The notes beneath the pieces were generated by a model. That model had not been told where the DNA came from, did not search any database, and saw nothing but the letters and a program-made list of their open reading frames with translations. A stretch of DNA of 64,000 bases from Eledone cirrhosa (taxonomy: Eukaryota), in NCBI GenBank assembly GCA_964016885.1, contig OZ024744.1:65906001-65970000 (forward strand). The letters are read 5' to 3'. The translations under genes and the position numbers were made by a program. This document shows positions 40,553 to 54,344 of this stretch, in pieces (the stretch's first letter is position 1; each line of letters starts with the position of its first letter).

Positions 40553-40759
40553 TCATCATCACCGTTTTACATCCGTTCTTCCACGCTAGCATGGGTTAGA
40601 CGGGTTGTCCTGTTGTGGGCAGTGTCCGGTCAGCTGACCTTCTCTTGCTCATATGGGAACTGATTCTAGCTTGATTTCTACAGCTGGATGCCTTTCCTAA
40701 CACCACCCTCATTTACAGTGAGTGCTGGGTGCTTTTTTGCCGTGGCACCTCCACGACCG

Positions 40760-40938
40760 ATAAGGATAAATATATATCAATATATAAGAGCCGTAGAGCA
40801 AATATTTATTAAAATGACAGATTAAAGTTTAAGCAAAGAATTGCTGCTTTCACCCTTAACGGGATCTTCAGAAGATCCCGTTAAGGGTGAAAGCACCGAT
40901 TCTTTGCTTAAACTTTAATCTGTTATTTTAATAAATAT
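40760..40938. mobile_element. Fold-back element family F with hammerhead core at the symmetry centre
   Basis: Arms 40802-40869/40871-40938; minus strand CTGAAGA-tCCCgttaaGGGt-GAAA-GCA...TGC-TT|AAACT; single-arm copy at 39745-39811. Confidence 0.82.
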
Positions 40939-41174
40939 ATATATATATATATAGAACATCTCTCTCTCTATCAAAAATTAAAAATACCAGTAATGTGAGG
41001 TCAGTTCTCCCACATACCAGAGGTTGTGAGAGCTGAGCTGAAATCACTGAGACTCGCAGAGGAGATGACAAAGGAATGCAATGAGTGAAGAGATGCTGTG
41101 CTGAAAAGGACCTATCCAACCCATGCAGGCATGGAAAAACAGAGATAAAAATGATGATGATGTTGATGATATAC

Positions 41175-41670
41175 TATCATTATCATCATCGTCACCGCTT
41201 TACGTCCGTTCTTCCACGCTAGCATGGGTTAGACGGATTGTCCTGTTGTGGACAGTAGCTGGTCGGCTGACCTTGTCTTGCTCATACGGGAACTGATTCT
41301 GGCTTGATTTCTACAGCTGGATTCCCTTCCTAACACCAACCTCATTTACAGTGAGTGCTGGGTGCTTTTTTTCCATGGCGCCTACACGTCCACTTTGTAG
41401 TGTGGGCTGGGTGCTTTTTTTGCAGTGACACCTCCACAACCACTTTACAGTGGGAGGGTGTGGGGGCATATTGTCTATATGCTTCAGTTTCGGCTTGTTC
41501 CCGTGGGAAGTTGGGTCTTCTGTATTACTGCGTGACGCCAGAGGCCATGGTCTGTGTCATCGCCTTTGAGAGGTGCAATTGGGTCGGTCGGCTTTTATCA
41601 CCTCATCCCAGGTCTTCTTGGGTCTCCCCACTCCATGGCTTCCATCGACTTCTAGTGTTCTGCATCTTTT
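41175..41670 (-). mobile_element. RTE 3' end (second subfamily)
   Basis: KRCRTLEVDGSHGVGRPKKTWDEVIKAD plus UTR; UTR copy at 40548-40758. Confidence 0.8.
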
Positions 41671-41816
41671 TGTGTGTTTGTGTATGTATACATGCGTATA
41701 TGTAAATGTATATATATGTAAGCGTGAACCAAATATATATATATATATACACACACACACATATATATATGTGTGTGTGTGTGTGTGTTCAGGCATTCAC
41801 ATACACATACATCTAT

Positions 41817-41882
<66 letters not shown>

Positions 41883-43944
41883 TAAAGACTTAAAGGTAAG
41901 AAAGAATATGTGGTAGCAACATGGCTAAGTGCCAATATAGCTGCCTGTTAAACCAAGCAAGAAATACCAGAGATGGGAATTCTCTAACTCTCTTTCCCCA
42001 CCCTAGGGCTAAAAAAAAAAAAAAAAAATTCCGACCATGTGCCACCCATATAAACTGACTGAAGAAAAACAAATGAAGACTAGGTAAAAATTTTTGGTAA
42101 GCTAAGTGCATAATACCACAATTGGGAAACTTCGACATCCTTCTCAGCACCCCAACTTTTTTTCTGATTTTTTTTTTCCGGTAAATAATAGTACAATAAC
42201 AAAAGAACTCCACCTCCTCGCTTATTTAAAGGAACATCTTTTTCCTCTCATGTCTTCCTCGTGTAGCTTTCTTGCAAATATAAAACACACCATTATTACT
42301 CATAAGGAACGTTCTCTTCCCTTTTTATTTAATCTATCTTAAATAAATAAATATATAAATAGAAAATCCATAATTTTTAATATTCTAACACTACCTTTCT
42401 TCTTTGTTATTTTGCTTATTTTTATTTATTTATCCATTTATTTTTGGCATAGTCCCCTCCTGCTCTCTCTATCCTGCCCCCCTCCCTCCTTTCTCTAAAG
42501 TTCTGATCTCACACATCTGAGAAGGTTAATTCAATTTTATGTATCTTCAGATTTTGGATTGCAGCCAAAAGAGGATCCACCCTCTCCACAGAAAAAAGGG
42601 CCCCAAAAGGCCAATCCAAAGGATAAATAACATTTCAATCATCAGCATCAACTACTTATGTATGTGTCCCCCTCTACATCTCTTTTATCATTTTAGCCCT
42701 TTCTTTACCATATTTCTAATGAAAGACTGCCTATAATTTTCAAATAATTTTGAAAATAATCAAGAATTTTAGGGGGATTTAGTAATATAACTAACTTTCT
42801 CATTATTAACCCTTTCATTACCATATTTCTAATGAAAGACACTGTCTATGGTTTTCAAATAGTTTTGAAAATAATCAAGAATTTGGAGGGATTTAGTAAT
42901 AATTTTGAAAATACTGAAGAATTTGAAGGGATTTAGTAACATAACTTTCACATTATGAAGCTGTTGTTTGTAGTAGAGTTTAACAGAGGTTCTTTCATAA
43001 AATGTTGATGGAATGTTTTAAATAAATATGAATACTTTAAAATATACAGCTTTGTTTCATAATATGCGAGGCAGTTTCAGGTAGGCTGGTTGGTATCAAA
43101 AATGTTAAAAATAGTCTTTGCTGCTTTGAGCTTGTGATGATCCTCTATAAAACTCCTGTGTGATCAACATCAGAGTTTTCTTCATATTGATTACAACTCT
43201 AGAAACAGTAGGTTTGGCATACTTTGTGGCTCTAACAATCTCCCCAGCACTTTTGTCAGTGCAGAATAATTCGGCAATTACACTTTTATGGTTTAATTAA
43301 CATACTATTTTTATTCAGATTGAACAAATTATGAATAAGTGATTATTCAAGCTGGTAATATTAAAAATTTAGACTCCACCAAAATCTATACAATTAGAAA
43401 TATATCTATTTGAAACGTGTCCCAATTTACCTGTTAAACCCTGTATATATGAATATGCACACACAAACATTCACATATATATATATATACCATATATAAA
43501 AGTTTTGGGCTGCTGGAGATTGTGGAGGCATGTGAGTTGGACTTACAATCATAATGTCATGAGTTCGATTCCTGGGCTGGGTGGTGTGATGTGTTCTTGA
43601 GCAAAACATTTCATTTTACGTTGCTCTACTATACTTAACTGAAAATAAGTACCAACAATAACTGGGGTCTTAACCCTGTGATGGACAGGCGTTCTGTCCA
43701 TTGGGGAGTTTTGTACTCTCAGTCACTTAATGCCATGAAAACTGGGATAAGCACTGGCCTCTGGGCTTGTTACAAACTTTAAATGCTGGAGATTACCTTC
43801 ATAGATTTTATTTAGCCAATTATATCTACCCCACTACTTTGCCATCTACACATTTTATTGGTGTCTCTTTATTGAATGGTTAACTTCGTAAGATGCATAT
43901 TGTTTTAGAATATAAATTCTCTGTTAGAGTTTTAAATACCACAT

Positions 43945-44775
43945 TACATGCAGACATAACAGACATAGGAAAAATCTTCCCTGAGTACCTTTTTGATTTC
44001 CATGTGTCTAACACACGTGGGCATGCCTACAAAGTCAGAAAACGGCACAGCTCCCATAACTTTCGGAAACATTTTTTCACATTCAGAGTTGCTGAAGCAT
44101 GGAACAAACTACCTGCATCAGTTGTTAGCTGTCGAGACACTGCATCCTTTAAAACCTCCATGGAACAAACTACCTGCATCAGTTGTTAGCTGTCGAGACA
44201 CTGCATCCATTAAAACCTCCATGGAACAAACTACCTGCATCAGTTGTTAGCTGTCGAGACACTGCATCCATTAAAACCTCCATGGAACAAACTACCTGCA
44301 TCAGTTGTTAGCTGTCGAGACACTGCATCCTTTAAAACCTCCATGCAACAAACTACCTGTATCAGTTGTTAGCTGTCGAGACACTGCATCCTTTAAAACC
44401 TCCATGGAACAAACTACCTGCATCAGTTGTTAGCTGTCGAGACACTGCATCCTTTAAAACCTCCATGCAACAAACTACCTACATCAGTTGTTAGCTGTCG
44501 AGACACTGCATCCTTTAAAACCTCCATGGAACAAACTACCTGCATCAGTTGTTAGCTGTTGAGACACTGTATCCTTTAAAACCACCATGCTTCCTGAAAT
44601 TCGCCAATACTACACCTGGTATTCCCCCTACATACACATCTACATATGTATATCATGACACATACACTGTTCACTTTCCTGACATTTGTACATTATTCTA
44701 TGTACTATACATACACCTTTGATGAGTTGTAGTGCACCCGAGCACTGTATACAATAATTTCATTATTATTTATTA
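43945..44775 (+). mobile_element. CR1-clade LINE 3' end containing a 61-bp tandem array
   Basis: TRGHAYKV...RKHFFTFRVAEAWNKLPASVV CR1 C-terminus; 8 x 61-bp units at 44098-44590; (ATT)n tail. Confidence 0.88.
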
Positions 44776-44846
44776 TTATTTAATAATATATTACACACAC
44801 ACATACATACATACATACAAACATATATATATATATATATATATAT

Positions 44847-45817
44847 GCAAAGATGGTTCTATAGAAATAGTGGACACCTTCCGTTACCTGGGTGACAAAA
44901 TCAGCAGTGGGGGAGGGTGCTCTGAAAGTACAGTAGCTAGAGTCAGAACAGGATGGAAAAAGTTCAGAGAGCTTATACCACTATTAGCCGCTAAAGGGTT
45001 CTCTCTAAAAATGAAAGGCAGGTTGTATGATGCCTGCATACGAACAGCAATGTTGCATGGCAGTGAGACCTGGGCATTGTGTGCAGAGGATATACGCAGA
45101 CTGGAGAGAAACGAAGCTTGCATGCTCCGCTGGATGTGTAATAGTAATATACGTGAACGGCAAAGCATAAATGAACTAAGGGAGAAATTAGAAATAAGAG
45201 GGATCAGATGTTGTTTACTCGAGAGAAGACTTCGTTGGTATGGTCACGTGATGCGCATGAAAGACGACAGCTGTATAAAAAAGTGCAGGGCAATAAAAAT
45301 AGACGGTAGCCACGGAGTAGGCAGACCCAGAAAAACCTGGGACGAGCTGATAAATTCCGACCTCACACAATTACACCTCTCCAAGACAATGTCACTGGAC
45401 CGAGACCTTTGGCAGTACTCAGTAATAGAGAAGACCCGCCTTACCTAAATACAAAGTAAAACCTACTACAGTCAGTAGGCACCTCTAACAAAATACACCC
45501 CCGTCCCACCACCCCCACCCCATCCACACCACCCCCTCCTATGTAAAGTTATGTTGGTACCACAACATCCAGTCGGAAACAAATGAGGTGTGTAGGTGTC
45601 ACGACAAAAAAACACACAGTCCACGCTGTAATGTGGCCGTGTAGGCAACACGGTAAAAACCTCCCAGTTCCACACTGTAAATGTGGTTGGTGTTAGGAAG
45701 GGCATCCAACTGTAGAAAACCCGCCAGACAGTCCTATGCGAGCAAGACAACCACTCTTGCCTCAAGTGGGAAAACTCCCATCCAAACCCATGCAAGGGTG
45801 GATGATAATGATGATGA
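44847..45817 (+). mobile_element. RTE LINE 3' portion with intact ORF end (stop 45448) and UTR
   Basis: Near-identical to 15045-15900; GRPRKTW motif. Confidence 0.92.
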
Positions 45818-45837
45818 TATATATATATATATATATA

Positions 45838-46020
45838 CAGGTAAAATTCTGTTATAATGAATACCATTATAATAAATATTTCAGTATAATAAATTTTTTT
45901 TCAATCCCTGAGGTAAAAACAAACAAATGCATGATTTGTTTCGGTCAATCTCATAAAGAATTTTTTGTTACAACAAAATTTTTATTTATACCCTGTAAAT
46001 TTCATTATAACGGAATTTCA

Positions 46021-46023
<3 letters not shown>
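45838..46023. mobile_element. pogo/Tigger-type MITE
   Basis: TIRs caggtaaaattctgttataatgaa / ttcattataacggaatttcactg with TA flanks. Confidence 0.75.
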
Positions 46024-46054
<31 letters not shown>

Positions 46055-46354
46055 CAAGAAAGAAGAGTGACATGGTTTGCTATACAATAAGGGCTTTATT
46101 CACATTGCTGACAATTGTTTCTCTGAACTGGTAGGTCTAGAGATCGCTACCCGCCTAAACTACATAGAAATCACCGCGTACTCGCAGCATCACTATGGAA
46201 ACGTCTTGTTGAGTCAAACTTAGTCAAGCGTTAATACTATCCACTACTCGGAGTACCCTAACTGGACTACATCTAAGTGGACTACCTATAACAATAATTT
46301 GTTATCCCGTATATATATATATATATATAGATAGATATATACATATATAGATAT

Positions 46355-46483
46355 GTGTATCCCGGATTCAATCGGGGGTAACCACAGTAAGTAAGGTACT
46401 CAATATATAGCAGAGTATATATTTTTAATATAGAAATGGCTTCTACAGGACTAGAACTGTTGCATTCGAAGGAAATCATCAGA
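46355..46483 (-). mobile_element. Family B single arm with mutated hammerhead (GCAA)
   Basis: Matches 8675-8797; minus strand CTGATGA-tttccttcgaat-GCAA-cagttctagtcctgTA-gaagcc. Confidence 0.75.
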
Positions 46484-46527
46484 GAGAGAGAGAGAGTGAA
46501 AGAGAGTGAGAGGGTGGGAGAGAGAGT

Positions 46528-46575
<48 letters not shown>

Positions 46576-46696
46576 GAGAGACTGGGAGTTACAAGTTTAG
46601 AGTAGTAAGATCATGTTCAGCTAAGTACTCAGTACTTGCGAATGTAGAGTGTTTCTATTTTAAATAGTAAGTGTTAACTATTTACAATATATATAA

Positions 46697-47510
46697 TCTA
46701 TATATATAAAACTGTGGTTGTCTGTCTGTCTATCGATTTTTGGCACACATCTCCTCTTAGAATCTCTCACGGAATTGCACCGAAATTGCTATACTTGTAC
46801 ATTGAGCCCTAGCGAAGACATCGGAAAAAAATATTTCAAATTGACCCACCCTATGTGACGAAATCGAATATAATGTATCGATTTTTGAGCGTAAGTTATC
46901 AGTTATTTCCCTTTGTTCTGTTTACATTGAGCGTCTTACGTAAAAAATTACGCTGGCTTTCTCAGCGTTTAAAATGACATTAACACAATACACGAACAGT
47001 TGTCGAGCCAGCAAAATATTGAGCTGCAAAATTCATCAGTTCGAACACTAAGCTTCCGTTTTGCTTCATTTCCATTTAAAAGCATTTTAAAACAATATTT
47101 TTACTTGAAAACAAGTCTATTTAAAGACTACGTAAAACAAGCAAATATTTCAGGCGTGCAGACAGACAGTCGTGCAGAGAGGTGATATAGGCGTGCAGAC
47201 AGACATAACTGATAATTTGGTTACGCTAATGTTTTTCTCTGCATTGCAGTGTTTACATTTTCGATCTTTGTTAATAAATAACCAGTGCAGTTTTTATCCC
47301 CAGCATCCTCTTTTGTTATAACATTCGGGTTATCGTTATGTTTTCTTAACTTCATAAGGCATATTGTTGGTTGAGGGAATATTAATCAAAAACACCACAT
47401 GCAAGTCTGCACAGTAGACATTACAGTTTTTAAGCCAAAAAAGAAACTTAACATTGTAACTTTAACACAGCTACTGAGCGACCCCGAGCAACGCCGGGAT
47501 TTACTGCTAG
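46697..47510 (+). mobile_element. Non-autonomous Helitron
   Basis: A|TCTATATATATAAAACTG ... cccgagcaacgccggg ... CTAG|T. Confidence 0.82.
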
Positions 47511-47547
<37 letters not shown>

Positions 47548-47548
<1 letters not shown>

Positions 47549-47920
47549 TAGCAGACAAACCACCCTTCGGGTGGTTTTTCAGCTAGCATGTATAGTGTGC
47601 CTATTGATATTAAACGCAAGTATATATACATGTAGATATGATACATCAAATAACATCGTAATTGACAATATACACAGAAATTGATCGAAGACTGCATTAC
47701 ACTGTCTTATTTAATCAGTAACGTAATCCATGATACATTAAAAAAAGACGATATTATATATAAACTGTATTAGGAGACGGAAATATATGAATTTTCATTT
47801 ACGCGATCGCTAACCGGTGTCGACATTTGAAAATTTTAAAGAAGTGAATCTTAAAATAAGCCACAAAATTATTTATATTTAATCAAGAATAACGAAATTT
47901 AGTAGATAAATTATGTAATA
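47548..47920 (-). mobile_element. Helitron 3' end
   Basis: Minus-strand hairpin aaaccacccgaagggtggttt then CTAG|T; 47820-47900 resembles 40010-40080. Confidence 0.6.
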
Positions 47921-48062
47921 TTCATTCATTATTTATTCAATTATTTATTAAACCCGCCGAGGTTAACTTTGCCTTTCATCCTTACGGGGTCGATAAAATA
48001 TAGTACCAGTAATGCACTGGAATAATTGCTGGCCTTGTGCCAAAAGTAGAAACAATTATTTA

Positions 48063-49538
48063 TTCAAACCAGTGACCTCAAGAGACAACAAGGTCTGCCA
48101 TGTTCAAGAAAGAACATACATACTCACACATGCATCTTTAGGTGTTTAGACTTGTGATGTACTTATATTGACAGAATCTTCCTTAGTATATGGGCAGTTC
48201 CCATTAGAACTATCTTTTGTATTTCTCCTATACGCGGGTTTCCTGGGATTTGCGATAAGTAATCATTAGACCACTTAGGTATCATTCCTAGAGCGCCTAC
48301 AACCACTGGTATTATTTTAGTTCTCAATTTCCACATTTTTCCAATTTCTATCTCCAGGTCCTTATACTTGCTCAATTTTTCAAATGTTTTTATAGATACA
48401 TTCTTGTCTATTGGAACGGACATATCAATTAGCAGGCATACCCTCTTTTTAAAGTCCTTCAATATTATATCAGGTCTATTTGCATCTATTTTTCGGTCTG
48501 TTTGGATGCTAAAGTTCCACAAGATTGAGATGTGATCTTTTTCAAGTATGGGAGGTGGTTGATGCTCCCACCAATTCTTTTGATGGGGCAGATCAAAATG
48601 CTTATACATTATCCAATGTATGTATTGTGCAGCTCTGTCATGCCTGCTTAGGTATTCGGTTGGACCTATAGGACTGCACATTGAAATTATATGATCGATG
48701 GTCTCTGGTTGTTTTTTACACACACGGCATAATGGGTTGCATCCATTTTTTTTATTAAGTTGGCTTGGTAATTTTTTGTTGGCAGACACTGATCTTGTGC
48801 TGATATAATCAGTCCTTCAGTCTCTGATTTCAGTCCAGTGGATGCAAACCACTAATGGGTTAAAGTTTTGTCAACATCAGAATTGTTAGCTCTTTCTGGG
48901 TATTTTCCATACAGAGGCTTTTCTTGCCATTTCTTAGCCAGTTTCTGTAGCAGTTCTTTCTTTGCAGTTACTTTTACCTGCTTTGCCTTTTCTGTGTTTT
49001 CCATTTCAGCAGTAAATTGGACTTCTGAAATTTGTAGTCCATTACTTTATCTTTGTGCATCTTTTGAAATGGAGTATGATCTTTTGATGTTTTCATGTTT
49101 CAAAACGAGTTTGATCATCCAATCATGCGATTCCCTTAGATATGTAGATAATCCAATTGTTGCAATTTTCAAAGCAATATCTAACTGGATTAATCCACGT
49201 CCTCCTTCTTTCCTAGGGAGATATATCCTATCTATATCTGCTTTAGGGTGATGTATTCTGTGCATGGTTAAGAAATTTCTAATTTTTGTATCGAGCCTAC
49301 AGATCTCTGTGCTTGACCAGATGATGACATTGAAACTGTAGGTTTATGGCATCGATCCTATTCTTTGCATTCAATTCCGTTCTTAAGATTGCTCTTACTC
49401 TACGGTAACATTCCTTCCTTATCCTTTCCCTCATGGCTGAGTGCTTGATTCTGTCTCCTTCACAAACACCTAAATATTTGTAAGTTTCCTCTTGATCAAG
49501 TTCTCTTATCACATTCCTCCGATCAAGATTAATGTCTG

Positions 49539-49540
<2 letters not shown>
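48063..49540 (-). mobile_element. R4/Dong-like non-LTR retrotransposon, 3' part (RT end, CCHC, RLE), decayed
   Basis: YKYLG; RIYLPRKEGGRGL; CRVC..ETIDHIISMC; RHD; NRPDI..LIDMSVP..K..KY; abuts (ATT)n. Confidence 0.88.
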
Positions 49541-49582
<42 letters not shown>

Positions 49583-49789
49583 GGCGGTGGAATGGCAGTA
49601 TCGGTAGAGGGTCAGACGACATGATTTGACGCATAGAGTTACGGCCCTTGCCATTGTGAGTTCAAATCCCACCGAGGTTAACTTTGCCTTTCATCCTTAC
49701 GGGGTCGATAAAATAAAGTACCAGTAATGCACTGGGTAATTGCTGGCCTTGTGCCTAAAGTAGACACAATTATTATTATTATTATTATT

Positions 49790-50565
49790 GGTGTTCTATA
49801 GAGGATTAGTGGAGGGGGAAGAGCGACGACATACTTGGAGAAACTCTAGGCGTCGACGAAAATCAACTAGCCAATCTCTTCGGAAGGACTTTCGGGCCGG
49901 GGCCTATGGACAACTTCCAGAAATCCCTGGCCTACCGAGGAGCTTTGCCAGTTTGGGATAAACTCTACAGGCATGGAGGTGCCGTCAGCCGGGCATGTCC
50001 GAGATGCGCGCAGGGCGACGAAACAGTCCTGCACGCACTCGACCAGTGTCCGAGCATTGCTGACTTGTGGGTTTATGTCGAACACCTGCTGTCACGTGTA
50101 GGACTGATCCAGCTATCAGCTGAATCCATCGTGAGGATTTCCCCACCCGCTTTCTTTAGCCGGGAAGGGCAGGCAGTTTTTATCTGTCTGGTGGCCATGG
50201 CGAAAGAGATAGTATGGTGGACACGTTTGAAAGGGCTGAAGACGAGCACTTACCTCTTCGGTGATGCCCTGATTAACTTTTTCAAATTTCATTTGAAAAG
50301 GAAAATCAGGGTAGAGAGGGAAGTGCTCTCTTCCCAGCATTTTGTTGAAAGATGGGTGAGAGAATGAAGTATGGCCCGAGTGAATGGGCTTTCTCCACAA
50401 ATGTCCCTCGGAAGTCTCCCCCCTATTGGGGAATTTTTCATTGTTATTTTTTATTACATCCTGTTTTTTTTACACGCAGAAATGCCCATTTGTACCGTCC
50501 TGTATTGTCCTGTACTGTCCTTAATGTCTACTTTATGTAAACCCTTGTGGTTAATAACGAAAGCA
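49790..50565 (+). mobile_element. Tx1/L1-like 3' fragment
   Basis: MDNFQKSLA..CPRC..ETVLHAL..C; homologous to 57180-58050. Confidence 0.85.
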
Positions 50566-50598
50566 TTATTATTATTATTATCATCATTATTATTAGTC

Positions 50599-50631
<33 letters not shown>

Positions 50632-51476
50632 GTTTATATTATTGAGTATTCCTATATCATAGAGCTGTTTTGTATTTTCTACAAATGTCTTGCTAATGCT
50701 GTTTGATGTGGTACAGGACATTAAGAGTTAAATAAAGTAAGAATACATTAGATAACATAGTCATACATAACGCTAAAAAGTAATGATGGCCACTATTGGT
50801 GTGTCTTCCATTGGTGGATTGGCAGTATCGGTAGAGCGTCAGACACCCTGCTTCGTGGCATAGAGTTATAATAGCCCTTTATGTTTTGAGTTCAAATCCT
50901 GTCGAGGTTAGCTCTGTCTTTCATCCTAACAGAGTTGATAAAATAAAGTACCAGTCACGCAGAGGGGTTGATTTAATCGACTTTCCCCTTGCCCATAATT
51001 GCTGACCTTGTGCCTATATCTGAAGCCATTATACGTCTGTTCAATCAGGGCTAGCCGGGGATAAACAACAACAACAACTATGAGCCATCATACTTCTTCT
51101 AAAACATGTTTTATACCCACTGTTCCAAATAAACCACTTGGTGCACTCTCCCCACCCCCTTCTGACAATGTCTCATCTTCCAGGCCCAATATTTTACAAT
51201 TCCTTCTTTCTAGAACCACATTCCACTGTAGTTCCTTTAGGCTAAATTTCCATTCTAATTTGCAACAGTTCAAATTGAGCATTAACCGAAATATTCACAC
51301 TATGGAGCAGATAAATAGATAGAGAGAGACATAAATCTCTTTCTCTCTCTCCCACTCCACCTTTCTCTCTCTCCCTCTCTCTCTCTATATATATATGCAT
51401 TAGAGAGAGAGCAGATAGACTGATCAATAAAGAGGAAGTTAGGTACACAGACACACACACACACACACACACATAT

Positions 51477-51524
<48 letters not shown>

Positions 51525-51546
51525 TATATATATATGTATATATATA

Positions 51547-51758
51547 ACGAAGGAAATGTGGTAAGGAACCAGATGAACCATAACGCACCAAAGTACTCAA
51601 TACTTAGGGTAATAGAGTGGGTAATAGGAACGAGTAGGACCCCGACGGCTGAGCTCAAGCCGTTTCGACGGCTAATTCTGGACTAAAATCGTCCATTCTT
51701 TTAGTCCAGAATTAGCCGTCGAAACGGCTTGAGCTCAGCCGTCGGGGTCCTACTCGTT
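51547..51758. mobile_element. Family A fold-back with perfect 60-bp arms
   Basis: 51629-51688/51699-51758 with 10-nt loop; tail 51547-51628 homologous to 2451-2528. Confidence 0.85.
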
Positions 51759-51873
51759 ACTATATATATATAGATGGGTAGTGAGATTAATGGATAGAGA
51801 GATAAATAATATACAAATACTTTGCTACCTAGATAGATAGCTAGAAAGACAAAAACAGACATTATATATATAC

Positions 51874-51933
<60 letters not shown>

Positions 51934-52000
51934 TATATCAAGACAACGAGAAGGGGGCGTCCGAAATGCACATACACATACATGCATACATATATATATT

Positions 52001-52038
<38 letters not shown>

Positions 52039-52141
52039 ATACACACACATATAAAATGCATAAAATAAAACTCTGTATTAATCAACATGTCTGTCTATCT
52101 CTCTCTCTCTCTCTCTCTCTTTGTCACATACACTTTATCTA

Positions 52142-52216
<75 letters not shown>

Positions 52217-53397
52217 CTATCTATCTATTTATATCTATCTGTATGTATCTATATATTAGTGAAAGCGAGAGAGAGAGAGAGAGAGAGAGAGTGAGAGTGA
52301 GAGAGAGTGAGAGAGAGAGAGAGTGAGAGTAAGAGAGAGAAAGAGTGAGAGTGAGAGAGAGAAAGAGTATGAGAGAGAGAGAGAAAGAAAGAGAGAGATA
52401 GAGAGAGAGCAAATGAGAAAGAGAAAAGAAAGTTGGCAGGGCAAGAGAAATTAATAGAGTGAAGTGTGTGTGTTTGTATGTGTTTGTGTGTATGTGATTT
52501 TGAGTGTGTTTGCACGCATGTAAGAGTTTATGACTGGAGAGGGGAGGAGGGAGGGGGGTGGGGGTGGAATGTAGGGTGGAGTAGGTAGGAGAAATCCAAT
52601 CAATTACAATCTGTAAATATTGTGTACAGCAACCTGAACTCTGAAACCATTCTATTGTATATATATCTCTTCTCTCTTCTCTCTTCTCCCTACCAAGAAC
52701 AGGAGGAGTAAGCAGGTCTTGAAGGTAAGGGTGGTGGCGAACGATGAGTGTAGGTGTAGGTGTGTCTGTGTGTGTAGATGGAAGGAAAGGGGCGGGATGG
52801 TAGAGGGGCAGCAGTTCCTTTTGCCTGTGTTTGAGTCATTCTTGAAAAACCCTATTTTTAGAAAAGGAATATCAGGAACATTAAAACAGTGCCCCATGGA
52901 ACATTGGTATGAAATCCTCTTTTGCACCCCAACCCTAGCCCCACCACACCCAACCCCATCTTTTTTTTTTCTGCTTCTATCCCGGATTTGGTAACATGGT
53001 ATATATATATAATATACATGTTATATATATATATATATATATATATCATCATTTCATATATATATATATATATATATCATCATTTCATTTTACGTCCACT
53101 TTTCCCTGCTTGCAAGGGTGGGATGGGAACTGATTCTGGCTTGATTTCTACAGCTGTATGCCCTTCCTAACACCAACCTCATTTACAGTGAGTGCTGGGT
53201 GCTTTTTTTCCGTGGCACCTACACGTCCACTTTGCACTGGAATGTCCCTATCATCTTATTTCTACAGCTGAGTAAACTGGAGCAATGTGAAATAAAGTGT
53301 CTTGCTCAAGGAAACAACACATCACCCGGTCTGAGAATTGAACTCACAACCTTTCGATTGCAAGGCCAATGCTCTAACCACTAAGCCATGTGCCTCC

Positions 53398-53456
<59 letters not shown>

Positions 53457-54344
53457 TTTATAAATATATATATATTTATATATTATAAACACCATTGCTG
53501 TAGTTTAGGAATGTACTACTACTACTACTACTACTACTACTAGCTGTAGTAGTAGTAGTAAATCTATAACAGGAATATTAACTATTGTTAGAACTAATAT
53601 TACTATTACTGGTACGGCATCTCATATCACTGAAGATCGTCTTTGGATTCACATGTACAACACTCTTGACTACAACAACAGGCTGACTCCCCTCCAGGGT
53701 CTTTATTTCACTATACTAGTTAGGTAAAACATTACTTGTATTTACAAATTAGTATTATCACACAGGCGGCGAATTAGCAGAGTCGTCAAGACATCAGATA
53801 GAATGCTTTACGGTATTCGTCCCACCTCATTGCGCGCTCTGAGTTCAAATCCCGCCGTGGTCAACTTTGCCTTTCATCCTTTCGAGGTCGATAAAAAAAA
53901 GTACCAGTCCAGTACTGGGGTCGATTCTTCTTCTATAGAAAAAAAACGACTTTGTTCTGACCTGGAGAGAGTTGGGCTTCACCAGGTTTAAATGTGCCCT
54001 AGACATATCGTATGACGGTGCCTTTACAACTCCACAAGGAGTTATGGGATCGTAATCCTTTTATTTTATTATTATCACATCACTGAGTACTGGGTCTTTG
54101 GATTCAGTTTTACCATATTCGTGTCACTAGTGTCAGTTAAATTTCCTGCGGACATCCTTTAATTGTAATTAAGGATTTTTTCTAGGCGATTTGGGAATCA
54201 TTCTTTCAAGGTTTGTTCCCTCCAGGGCCCTCGCTAGGGTATCAGGATACGTAACCTTTGTGCTTCCACCCCAAGCCTCTCAAGACAGGTCGCATGATTC
54301 ATTGTCAGTTTTTGCAGCGATGGGTGGAGACTCAAATATATTTT

